64,000 nucleotides of DNA from Squalus acanthias (taxonomy: Eukaryota): NCBI GenBank assembly GCA_030390025.1, contig CM059432.1:21640001-21704000 (forward strand), in the 5' to 3' direction. Shown one piece after another: positions 47,369-59,116 of this stretch. Numbering within the stretch: position 1 is the stretch's first letter; every line of letters begins with the position of its first letter. The position numbers were made by a program, and so were the translations under genes. The notes under the pieces are model-generated. The model saw nothing but the letters and a program-made list of their open reading frames with translations, searched no databases and was not told the origin of the DNA.

Positions 47369-49005
47369 ATGAAGAGACTGTCCATGAAGAAACTGTCTCC
47401 AATACTACTGGCATGGTAGGAATGCATTCATATGACCCTAAGGATAGCAACGCATGTGTGCCCTCCCACCAGTCCCTTTGGATGCTGCACATGTGGCAGA
47501 AAGGAGACAAGTCCAGGTTACCAATGCTGCAGCATAGGAACTGCAGCCTGCAGCAGGTCCATCTCAGAACCTAACTGCTGTGAGATGGGGCCACTTCAGT
47601 CCCAAGAGGCTTGTGTGAGACACAGAGCAGTCTGCCACCTAATGCACTCCTACCACTCAGGTAATACCTAAGAGGAACACTAGATTAGAGTTCAGAGCTC
47701 ACACATCAAGGACTAGCACCGAGTAGAAGGCATGGTAATAAGTAGCGCGAGCTGAATTCATACCCTAGTCGTTGTAAATATACTTATGGTTGCACTGAAG
47801 TTTTTGTGCATGCAAACATTGTTTTTGGTAAGATTTGGAAGTGCATGAGGTGCATGAATGGGAGCACACTAAGAAGGGTGTGTGGATGATGGCATCTTTG
47901 TGCTGGATAGAGTGAAGATGTAGACAGGACTGTTGATTTTTTGGGCAGATTTGATGGTAAAATAAAGGTCAACCTACACCCCTATCGCAATTCCTGCCCT
48001 CTAATTTCAGTAATGAAACACGATTAGAGACAGTGCATGGGTGCCATTTGAACTAGATGCTGACTGACGTACTGTTGATATTCTGCACTTTCTGTTTTAA
48101 ATTTTAGATTTCCAACATTCACAGCTTTCCTTTTATAGTTCTATAACTGGAGGAAGATTCTCCACAAGATGAGGTTATTTTGGGAAGTGTTTTGGAATTC
48201 ATTTGTCACATTTTAGGGTGCCTGCCATTTCTTAGTGAATAGGTGCAAATTACTATTGTAAATAACTTAATATTATCCAAAAAAGTATTCTTGATATCAT
48301 TGTGGCAATAGCTTAAAAAACTTTATTAGCGCGTTTTCAGTCTAGTCATGCTTTTAATAAATTCTGACATCTAATGCGTGGTTTATAAAAGCTTAGTATT
48401 TGAAACCTCGGATTCCTGCACTCAATCTTTGATGTTGCTACTCTCCTTCATGTAACCTGTTCCACAGATAGACAGAGGAACGTGGCTATAATTCCACCCA
48501 TGATTTCTTCAGTGCAAGACCATTGGGAGCAGCATAAATCTGAAAGGAAATTCTAGGGATATATTCAAGCTTGTTAAGTTTATTATAATTTTCTTCATTA
48601 TATTTTTTAAATGTTCTCTTCTCCTGACAGCTCGTATTGGGGTATACATCTGCTGATGCCAATAACCCAGTATCTCACCCAAGTGGCTTCTCTTCATGTA
48701 TGAGGTAAGTCTAGACACTGAATGCTGGCTGAATATTCAGCTGTTCCAATCCTGTCCTTATCTAACCACCACACTTGTACACTTTCCAACAGGGATCACT
48801 GGGAGCAAATAAAAACGGGAATCCTGGATGATTTTTCCCCAACCCCAGTCCAATTGTAATATTCCAACTGGAAACTATGGCTGAGATCAACTAACTCAGA
48901 ATAATCCAGGTTCGAATTTGGGACTTTGCTGACCTGTATGGCTCAACATCACATTGGGTAGTACATTTCCTTGCCAATACATCAGCACAGCCCTCTTTTG
49001 TGTTT

Positions 49006-49323
49006 TGGATGAGACGTTAAACTGAGGCCCTGTCTGCTTTCTCAGGTGAACGTAAAAGATCCCACGGCACTATTTCAAAGAAGAGCAGGGGAGTTATCCC
49101 CGGTGTCCTGGCCAATATTTATCCCTCAACCAACATAACAAAAACAGATTATCTGGTCATTATCACATTGCTGTTATGGGAGCTTGCTGTGCGCAAATTG
49201 GCTGCCGTGTTTCCCATATTACAACAGTGACTCCACTTCAAAAATACTTCATTGACTGTAAAGTGCTTTGAGACGTCCGGTGGTTGTAAAAGGCGCTATA
49301 TAAATGCAAGTCTTTCTTTCTTT
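49006..49323 (+). mobile_element. 5'-truncated DeuSINE
   Basis: Core and tail match 21190-21498. Confidence 0.85.
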
Positions 49324-49848
49324 GGATACGATTCTACATAGGATCTAGTTGTTGTCGGATCTTCTGGAAAGAAATACCTCTGATAAATTAGATTGGGAAT
49401 TTATTTTGAAGACTAATTTGGGTCCCCAGTGAGATATATTTCAGCCATTTATTGAAGTTGACATTTATATGATGAGCCTGTAGAAGTGAGCAATACATTT
49501 GACAAGTTGATTTAAATGTCACTTCTCTGTCAGGAGGATGAAGGAGCAGTTTGCATTCAGTAAATTATACTTTTCTCTTTGAAGCATTGCTCTCCTCCAT
49601 TCTTCGCTAACTGCTTTTTCATTATTATGACAATGAAACGGACCTGCCAATTGTAAATTTGGTTGAAAAGTATATTATACTTTAGAAGTTTGTAAATATA
49701 AATTTTTAAATTCAGCCTTGACCTCTATTGGTTATTCTATTTACATGTGGTTATTGGCAGCACATATCTATAGTAAGTACTGAGAGCTGAGGTTTGTCTT
49801 TATGAAAGTTAATATGGTCATCGTGCGCAGCAGGGAATAAATTCCTGA

Positions 49849-50583
49849 GGGGGAAAAATTGGGTTGATTTGTTCCTCTTGTTAGCGCCCCTGGGGGGCGC
49901 TAACAGGGTCCAGGTCCCCTAACGCCTGGGCGGGGCGCCGCTAATGCCTCCTGCAAAATTCAGCGGGAGGCTAGTGGCAGAGGTAGCTGGTAGCGCCCCA
50001 CGGCGCTGTGCTGCCGTCAATGACATCATCGCCGTGCACAGCACCCCGCTCGCGCCCCAGCCACAAACTTGGGTTGTGCCCCCTGACCTATCGCCGGACG
50101 ATATGTCCGACAGGGTCAGAGGGGAGTTTTTGCAGCCGCAGCGGTTCTACTTAAAGGGCAGGTGTTGGGCGGCCATTTTTCTTTTGGCCGACTGCCAGCA
50201 CCTGCCCCCTTCTCATTTTTTCTTCGGGGTGCCATCCGCGATCGCTCAGCCCGGCACTCCTCTTGAGTGCCGTGCTGTTTTCCCGGCACCCCGCTCCCCG
50301 GTGGTCGCGCAGGGCCCTGGTGTGTGCAGTGCTAGGCCGCTCCCCTTTAATCAGAGGAGGGCTGCCTGCAATGATGCGGCACTACGTGCCGACATGCGTG
50401 GCACTGTTGCACGTAGCGCCGCGATATTCAGTTGTAGCGCCCCAAGAAGGAAGTGGAGCCCTTCCAGTAGCGCCTCACCTCCTGCTTAGGGTGCTACAAC
50501 TGAATGTCAGGCAGAGTGGCGCTAATTTCTAGCGCCCCGGCGACGTTAGTGCCTCAAAAGGGGCAACACCAAATTTTTCCCCC
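49849..50583. mobile_element. GC-rich PIF/Harbinger-type MITE (inverted relative to 25532)
   Basis: Perfect 12-bp TIR GGGGGAAAAATT and TSD TGA. Confidence 0.92.
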
Positions 50584-50602
50584 TGAGTCCGCAGTATTTG
50601 TG

Positions 50603-50860
50603 GTGTCAGCCATGGTTCAGTAGTAGCACACTCATCTCTGAGTCAGAAGGTTGTGAATTCAAGCCTCACTCCAGAGACCTGAGCACATAATCTAGGCTGA
50701 CATTCCAGTGCTGTACTGAGGGACTACTTTCGGAGTTGCAGACTTTCGGATGAGAAATTAAACTGAAGTCCCTCTCAGGTGGATGTAAAAGATCCCATGG
50801 CACTATTTCTACATTTCACAAAAGCACTTTGGGATGTCCTAAGGTAGTGAAAGGCCCTAT
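50603..50860 (+). mobile_element. Internally deleted DeuSINE
   Basis: Head and start of core are joined to the tail. Confidence 0.7.
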
Positions 50861-50884
50861 AGTCACAGTGGTAACGTAGGCAAT

Positions 50885-51872
50885 GTTTTTTTAAATTTGT
50901 TTATGGGGTCTGGGCATCGCTGGCAAGGCCAGCATTTATTGCCCATCCCTAATTGCCCTTGAGAAGGTGGTGGTGAGCCGCCTTCTTGAACCGCGGCAGT
51001 CCGTGTGGTGAAGGTACTCCCACAGTGCTGTTCGGTAGGGAGTTCCAGGATTTTGACCCAGCGATGATGAAGGATCGGCGATATACTTCTAAGTCAGGAT
51101 GATGTGTGCCTTGGAGGGGAACTTGGAGGTGGTGGTGTTCCCATGCGCCTGCTGCCCTTGTCCTTCTAGGTGGTAGAGGTCACGGGTTTGGGAGGTGCTG
51201 CGAAAGAAGCCTTGGCGAGTTGCTGCAGTGCATCTTGTAGATGGTACACACTGCAGCCACAGTACGCCAGTGGTGGAGGGAGTGAATGTTTAAGGTGTTG
51301 GATGGGGTGCCAATCAAACGGGCTGCTTTGTCCTGGATGGTGTCGAGCTTCTTGAATGTTGTTGCAGCTACATTCATCCAGGCAAGTGGAGAGTATTCCA
51401 TCACACTCCTTACTTGTGCCTTGTAGATGGTGGAAAGGCTTTGGGGAGTCAGGAGGTGAGACACTCGCCGCAGAATACCTAGCCTCTGACCTGCTCTTGT
51501 TGCCACAGTATTTATGTGGCTGGTCCTGTTAAGTTTCTGGTCAATGGTGACCCCCAGGATGTTGATGGTGGGGGATTCGGCGATGGTAATGTCATTGAAT
51601 GTCAAGGGGAGGTGGTTAGACTCTCGTTTGTTGGAGATAGTCATTGCCTGGCACTTCTGTGGCGCGAATGTTAGCTGCCACTTATCAGTCCAAGCCTGAA
51701 CGTCGTTTAGGTCTTGTTGCATGCGGGCATGGACTGCTTCATTATCTGAGGAGTTGTGAATGGCGCTGAACACTGTGTAGTCATCAGCGAACATCCCCAT
51801 TCCTGACCTTATGTTGGAGGGAAGGGAATTGATGAAGCAGCTGAAGATGGTTGGGCCTAGGACACTGCCCTG
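50885..51872 (-). mobile_element. Second CR1-group LINE family, RT to 3' end
   Basis: QGSVLGPTIFSCFIN, MFADD, KCQAMTIS, ILGVTIDQKL, YKAQVRSVMEY. Confidence 0.9.
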
Positions 51873-51877
51873 GTAGT

Positions 51878-52176
51878 AAATATGCACACAGCAAGGTCCC
51901 ACAAAAAGCAATGTGTTAATAACCAGATAATCTGTTTTTGTGATGTAGGTTGAGGGATAAATATTGGCCAGGACACTGGGGAAAACTCCCTGGCTCTTCT
52001 ACAAAATAGTAGATTGGAGATCTCTGAAAGATGGCAGCTCTGAAAATGCAGTATTCCACTGGGTTGCCAGCCTAGATTATGTGCTAAAGTCTCTTGGAGT
52101 GGGTCTTGAACCCACAAACCACTGACTCAGGGTTAGGGTTAGGGTTAGGGTACTACCACTGAGCTACGGCTGACAC
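51878..52176 (-). mobile_element. DeuSINE 5' two-thirds with an embedded telomeric tract
   Basis: Head GTGTCAGCCGTAGCTCAGTGG and core GTCCTGGCCAATATTTATCCCTCAACC. Confidence 0.8.
52129..52151 (+). repeat. Short interstitial telomeric repeat (TTAGGG)n
   Basis: AGGGTTAGGGTTAGGGTTAGGGT, a perfect tract. Confidence 0.85.
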
Positions 52177-53469
52177 TTGAGTAGTCCCTCATTTCTGATC
52201 GGAATGGTTCCCTTCCTTCGCGAACAGGATGAAAATGCCCACTTAATAACATTGCAGGCCAATACGCCTGCAGTCAATACTTGATGTGACAATATCCTAG
52301 CTGGCACTCAGTGTTTGCACAGTTGGTCTTTACTAGAGACGCTGAGCTAGAATTTGCATCTAATGACCATGGATGGGCGAAAACGCTACTCGTTGGTCTT
52401 ATGTATGCCAGGTGACCAAACTCATTGTTCTCAGTCTCACAGCAAGCAAGGGGAATGTAACTTGATTCTACTGACAGTCATATTGTAGATACTCTGTGGT
52501 TCAATGGACCTTAGAACAGTAAGGCAGATTGTTGTTTTATCTGTGCTTAATAGAAACTGTCATGTTAGGATGTTAGAGAAAATCAGACATAAAGTGAAAG
52601 ACTACATGCCCCTGAAAAGAGCCAGTTTGTCAGCACACTGTGCATATGAAACTGTGACTTTCTCGCAGCTGCCCTGAATGACAGATTTATTTCCATATCT
52701 CCAACACGACATGTGAGAACGCTGAGTAGAATTGGGCAACTTGTGATGTACTGCAGTCTGAATATGCATTTGGTATCACAAAGAGCAGAAGTTAATTGAA
52801 AAGGAGTTTCACAGTAATGATATGGGGTCTTGAATATTGTACATATATAAATATTTGATGCATGTGGGTAGGGAAATCAGATAGAACTTTTTCACCTAAT
52901 TCGGTGGCAGAATAGGTTACCAGGGAAGGCCATTAAAGGAGACAGTTTAAATAGGCTCACATGGCAATTAGGTAGTTTGTAGAGAGAGAAGGGTTCGATG
53001 AATGCAGTGAGATCGCAGATAGCTGGGGATGATCTACTGAAAAGGGATGGGCTTGCTCTGTGCAGTCGCCTTTTCCTGCTCCTAAACACATATGCTTGTT
53101 TTCTAAATAATATGTCAGCTACCTCCGATTTGTTTTGTGGGTCTTCACTTGCTGTGCTTGGCTCATTGATAGTTTCCAATTTTTTCACCATCTCCTTTTA
53201 TCTTTAGGATGTTCTTCCCCCAGCCCCTCCCTCCTCACCACACCTCTGGTGGGCAGTAAGTTGTTTCCCGAGCCTGCCAATGCTGCCGTGTATGACTGGA
53301 TGCTAGAAGGTGCAGAAGACTAGGTCATGTTGATATACCTGAATAATAAATGGGGTCACTAGTGCATTTACCATTAGTGAAACAGTAATAAATACAGTAG
53401 TCCTTGGATAAAAGGGGGATAATATTCCTCTGCAGGTTTGTAAACTCGGTCAAGGATAATCATACTTAA

Positions 53470-54205
53470 GGGGAAAAATTGGGTGGCGTCCCTCTTGGGC
53501 GCTAACGAATTAGCGCCCTGAAAAAGTTAGCGCCCCTCCGCCGTAAATTCAGTAGTAGCGCCCCAAGCAGGAGGTGGGGGCGCTACTGGAAGCGCTCCAC
53601 CTCCTTCTTGGGGCGCTACTACTAAAGTTCGCAGCGCTACGTGCAACAGCGCCACACGCGCGGCGGCATGTAGAGCCGCGCCATTGCAGTTCTCCCCCCC
53701 CCCCCGATTAAAGGGGAGGGGCCTAGTGCTGCGTGCACCGGGGCCCTGCTGGACCACGGGGGAGCGGGGTGCCGTGGAAACAGCCCGACACTCAAGAGGA
53801 CTGCCAGGCTAAACGATCGCGGCCGGCACCCCGCTAAAAAAGGGAAAGGGGGCTGGTGCTGGCAGTCGGCCAAAATAAAAATGGCCGCCCGACACCCGCC
53901 ATTTAAGTAGCGTCGCTGCCGCTACAAAAACGCCCCCCTGATCCTGTCAGACATATCGTCCGGCGATAGGTCGGGGACACGAGGGAAGTTTGCGGCCGGG
54001 GTGCAAGCGGGGCGCTGCACACGGCGATGACGTCATCGCCGGCGGCACAGCGCTGCGTGGCGCTACCGGCTGCCGCCACCGCTAACCTCCCACTGAATTT
54101 CACGAAAAGTGTTAGCGGCGTCACGCCCGGGCGCTAGGGGATTTGCGCCCCGTTAGCGCCCCCGGGGGAGCTAATGAGAGGTGCAAACCAACCCAATTTT
54201 TCCCC
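53470..54205. mobile_element. GC-rich PIF/Harbinger-type MITE
   Basis: TIR GGGGAAAAATTGGGT / ACCCAATTTTTCCCC, TTAA context on both sides (TAA or TTA TSD). Homologous to 25532 and 49849. Confidence 0.9.
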
Positions 54206-54237
54206 TTAATTTCTAAAGGATAACAGTGTTGAGGATA

Positions 54238-54447
54238 TAACAACAGCAACTTGCATTTATATAGTGCCTTTAAAGTAGTAAAGTGTCCCAAGGCGTTTCA
54301 CAGGAGCATTATCAAATAAAATTGGACACCGAACCACATAAGGAGATATTAGGACAGGTGACCAAAAGCTTGGCCAAGGAGGCAGGTTTTAAGGAGCGTC
54401 TTAAGGAGAGGTAGAGAGACAGAAAGTTTTAGCGAGGGAATTCCAGG
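54238..54447 (-). mobile_element. L2 3' end
   Basis: CAACAGCAACTTGCATTTATATAG...GGGAATTCCAG. Confidence 0.75.
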
Positions 54448-54479
54448 AGGGAAAAGATCAGGCCACCCAGATGTCAACT

Positions 54480-54700
54480 TGTCCTGTCACCTTGAAAGAT
54501 TTGTGTACATGAACTTTCGGGTCTCTCTGTTCCTGCACCCCCTTTAAAATTGTACCATTTCATTTATATTGCCTCTCCTCATTCTTCCTTTCAAAATGCA
54601 GCACTTCACAGCTCTTTGCACTAAATTTCATTTGTCATGTGTCTGCCCATTTCACCAGTCTGTCTATGTCCTCCTGAAGTCTGCTACTATCCTCCTCGCT
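54480..54700 (-). mobile_element. CR1 RT fragment
   Basis: SEEDSSRLQEDIDRLVKWADT. Confidence 0.8.
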
Positions 54701-54872
54701 ATTTATTGAGTGGGGGGGAGAATGTTGAGTTGGAGGTGGTGCTACATAAATGCAAGTTATTTGTTTCTTCTTTCTTATTAACAGAGCATAAATCATTATA
54801 GCACAAATGAAATTTAAACGTATCACCATATCGCAACTGTAGCTGAGTTCTCTGTGTTACCTTATAGGTCAT

Positions 54873-54936
54873 GATGCGGAGATGCCGGTGTTGGACTGGG
54901 GTGGACAAAATTGAGAGGTCGCACAACACCAGGTTA
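54873..54936 (-). mobile_element. Penelope-like family A tail, very short insertion
   Basis: Identical to the start of 27806. TSD is degenerate. Confidence 0.75.
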
Positions 54937-55908
54937 CAGGCACATGATTCAGAGTTGAAGGTTGCCATGTAGCTTAGTAAGCACATAGCTGATGTTCATT
55001 GCTGTTTAACCAGTTCATAGTGTTTGACAGACCGACTGCTTGCCTCTGACTGACTATTTGAAGAGGGGTAAGGTAGGGCTTTCATATTTTAAATTTCACT
55101 AAAACAGACTCTTTTTCTGGGCTTAAATCTGAATGTCCAGTTAAGAAGAGTTAAATGGTCATGGGAGTTTCTTTCATTGCGTCTGATCATTTTTGATAGG
55201 CATATATGTTAGAAACAATAGATGGCCCATTTCCATCTGTTTTTGATAGAGCCTAGACTTTACTGCTCTCAGACCTTTGTCATTCAGTCACACTCAGAGG
55301 AGGGAGGAGGGCAGACACCAAGCTTTGACAAAGCTCTACTTGTTCCTCTCAGGTTGGGTCCCCAAACAAATCTTTTCCGTCAATTCTTTCGGTTATAGTG
55401 CTTCAAACAACCACTTGTGTTTTTTAATAGTTGCACGATGTGGGTATTGCTTGCATTTGGAGACAAATACCTGTGATGAAGCTGAAATTGCTGTGCCCAA
55501 TAACCAAATCATACAAAGCCAAATTCTCCTTTACTCACCTCTAAAAGACCCAAACATTCCCTTTGCCATTTCTATGTTCTCCTTCTCCAACCTTCTTTCC
55601 CAAAGGTGTACATTGCTACCACCATATCAAATACCACCTCATTAATCTCTTTTTTCATTCTGAGGTGTAATTGGACACAGAATTATCAAAAAAACTGGCA
55701 TTGTTGCTGATTCTCAGATTAGCAACAATAAAAGTCCAACACAAAAATTATGGCTGCAATTCCTGCTACTCACCAGAATGTAGAAATTACTGCCTCTCTT
55801 GAGGTCACCACAATCATGGAAGCACCTCTCTCACACCCCTGGATATAATATACAAAACAATTAGTTGTCTGATAGATGATCCTCCTCTCAGTCTCTAACC
55901 TTAGCATA

Positions 55909-57200
55909 TGCGTCATCTTGGATCAGAGGTAGCACTCTTGCTTCTGAGTTAGAAGGTTATGGGAACAAGCCCATGACAGACCTGAGCATATCATCTAGAC
56001 TGAAGCTGCAGTGAAGTACTGCGGAAATACTACATAAGAACATAAGAACATAAGAAATAGGAGCAGGAGTAGGCCAATCGGCCCCTCGAGCCTGCTCCGC
56101 CATTCAATAAGATCATGGCTGATCTGATCCTAACCGCCAATCTACTATCTATCACAGAACCATCTCCTGCATCTAACAGAATTGCACACACAAAATAGGA
56201 GCAGAATCAGGCTACACAGTCCCTGGGCCCGCTCCACTACCCACAGGGCCATGACCGATCCGAACCTAGACTCATGTCCAAATTCCTGCCTGCTCCCCGT
56301 AACCCTTAATGCCCTTTACTTCTAGGAAACTGTCTATTTCTGTTTTAAATTTAATTAATGTTGTAGCTTCTACAGCTTTTTGTGGCAGCATATTCCATGG
56401 ACCTACCACCCTCTGAGTGAAGTAGTTCCTCCTCATCTCAGTTTTGAAAGAGCAGCCCCTTATTCTAAGACTATGTCCCCTAGTTCTCGTCTCACCCGTC
56501 ATCGGGAACATCCTCCCCGCATCCACCCGATCCAACCCCTTCACAATCTTATATGTTTCAATAAGATCGCCTCTCATTCTTCTGAACTCCAATGAGTAGA
56601 GTCCCAATCTACCCAACCTCTCCTCATATGACCACCCCCTCATCCCCGGGATTAACCGAGTGAACCTTTTTTGCACTGCCTCGAGAGCAAGGATGTCTTT
56701 CCTTAAGTAAGGACACCAAAACTGTATGCAGTATTCCAGGTGCGGTCTCACCAATACCTTGTACAACTGAAGCAATACCTCCCTATTTTTATATTCTATC
56801 CCCCTAGCAATGAAAGCCAACATTCCATTTGCCTTCTTAATCACTTGCTGCACCTGCATACTAACCTTTTGAGTTTCGTGCACCAGGACCATCTTTCGGA
56901 TGAGATTTTAAACCAAAACCTCAATGGTGGGTCAAGTGGATATAAAATATCCCATGGCACTATTCAAAGAAGAGCAGGGATGTTCTCCTGGTGTTCTGGT
57001 CAATATTTATCCCTCAGTTAACACCAACAAAAAACAGATTAACTTGTCATTTCTCTCATTTGTTGTTTATTGGAACTTGTTGTGAGCAATTACCTGCCAC
57101 GTTATCCTACATAATAGTTACAACAATTCAAAATCCATTTCATTGTCTGTAAAGCACTTTGATATGTCTTGAGGACATGACAGGTGCTATATAAATGCAA
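55909..57200 (+). mobile_element. Old DeuSINE split by a CR1
   Basis: Head at 55909-56031, core and tail at 56890-57200. Confidence 0.7.
56033..56889 (-). mobile_element. 5'-truncated CR1 with two stacked 3' UTR tails
   Basis: 206-aa open C-terminal frame. Tail-like blocks at 56190-56275 and 56033-56140. Confidence 0.9.
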
Positions 57201-57499
57201 ATCCATTTTTTCTCATTTTTGTAACTTTTTGTAACTTTGTTTATTTTATCAATACTATGATTGCTCATTGCTCCTCTATTGATATGCTCATAGTTCCTCC
57301 AAGCTCCATTTACACCATCCCACACACTTTCCCACCTTTTGCATTATCATTGTATTAAAAGAAAGAATTGCCACATAGCATCCTGATGCATTTTTTTTAC
57401 CAAAACCTCAAAGCTATGGAACCTTACCTCCTTAATTCTTCCCTTCCTCCTGAAATACAGGCTTTAAACCCAAGCTTGCTATCATCGTAATAAGGTAGC

Positions 57500-58800
57500 A
57501 TTCATAATAAGGTAGACGAATTAACAGCACAAATAGATGTAAACAGATGATATAATTGCGATTACGGAGACATGGCTGCAGGGTGACCAAGGCTGGGAGC
57601 TGAATATCCAAGGATATTTGATATTTAGGAAGGACAGGTGAAAAGGAAAAGGAGGTGGGGTGGCCTTGTTAGTAAAGGATGAAATCAGAGCAATAGTGAG
57701 AAAGGATATTGGCTCAGAAAATCAAGATGTAGAATCAGTCTGGGTGGAGCTAGGAAGCACCAAGGGGCAGAAAACATTGGTGGGAGTTGTCTATAGGCCT
57801 CCAAACAGTAGTGGTAATGTAGGGGATGGCATCAAACAGGAAATTAGAGATGCATGTAACAAGGGTACTACAGTAATCATGGGTGACTTTAACCTACATA
57901 TAGACTGGCCAAACCAAATTAGCAATAATACTGTGGAGGATGAATTCCTGGAGTGTGTACGAGATGTTTTATTTAGAGCAGTACATTGAGGAGCCAACTA
58001 GGGAACAGGCTATCCTGGATTGGGTATTGTGCAATGAGAAGGGGTTAATTAATAATCTTGTTGTGCGAGGTCCTTTAGGGAAGAGTGACCATAACATGAT
58101 AGAATTCTTCATTAAAATGGAAAGTGAAGAAGTCCAATCCGAAACTAGGGTCCTAAATCTAAACAAAGGAAACTACGAAGGTATGAGGAGTGAGTTGGCA
58201 TTGATAGATTGGGGAGCTTCATTAAAAGGCATGACGGTGGACAGGCAATGGCTAACATTTAAGAAACGAATGCATGAATTGCAACAGTTATACATTCCTT
58301 TCTGGCGCAGAAACACAAAAGGAAAAGCGGCCCAACCATGGCCAACAAAAGAAATTAAGGATAGTATTAGATCCAAAGAGGAGTCATATAAAGTTGCCAG
58401 AAAAAGTAGTAAGCCTGAGGATTGGGAACAGTTTAGAGTTCAACAAAAAAGGACCAAGAGATTGATTAAGAGGGGAAAAATAGAGTATGAAAGTAAATTT
58501 GCAAGGAACATAAAAGTGGATTGTAAAAGCTTCTACGAGTATGTAAAAAGAAAAAGATTAATGAGGGTGGTGAACCTATGGAATTCTCTACCACAGAAGG
58601 CTGTGGAGGCCAAGTCACTGAATATATTTAAGAAGGAGATAGATAGATTTCTAGACACAAAAGGCATCAAGGGGTATGGGGAGAGAGCGGGAATATGGTA
58701 TTGAGATAGAGGATCAGCCATGATCATATTGAATGGCGGAGCAGGCTCGAAGGGCTGAATGGCCTACTCCTGCTCCTATTTTTCTATGTTTCTATGTTTC
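57500..58800 (+). mobile_element. CR1 derivative: APE endonuclease and linker fused to the extreme 3' end, RT missing
   Basis: IAITETWL, GVVYRPPN, IMGDFN, LGKSDHN ... YVKRKRL|MRVVNLWNSLP. Stops and a frameshift in the endonuclease. Confidence 0.88.
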
Positions 58801-58847
58801 TACTGACATCTTCTTTTCTCCTACCAGTACTATCACTAATAGGACAG

Positions 58848-58960
58848 TCATAGGAACAGGAGTAGGCCATTCAGCCCCTCAAGCCTATTCTGCCCTTCAA
58901 TTAGATCATGGCTGATCTGCACCTCAACTCAATTTGCCTATCTTTGCTCCATATCCCTCC
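58848..58960 (-). mobile_element. CR1 3' tail
   Basis: CATAGGAACAGGAGTAGGCCATTCAGCCC. Confidence 0.75.
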
Positions 58961-59116
58961 AGTCTTTATACTATGCATCCAAGATCAATTGAAGCACCAA
59001 TAGCTTGCATTTCTACATCACTCATTTGCAGAATGACATCTTAAAGCACTTTTAAGTTAAGGAAGACAAAAGAGTGAATTATGTGCTGTGGGTGAAAAGT
59101 GGAAAATGAAGTGTTA

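Noticed and set aside
49944..50489. 181-aa ORF and similar ORFs at 14897, 25795, 26116 and 53527
   Set aside because: They lie in GC-rich MITEs, where stops are rare, and the frames are not conserved between copies.
53466..54209. piggyBac assignment from TTAA flanks
   Set aside because: Sister copies have 3-bp TSDs (TTA, TGA) and G-rich termini, not piggyBac CCY ends.
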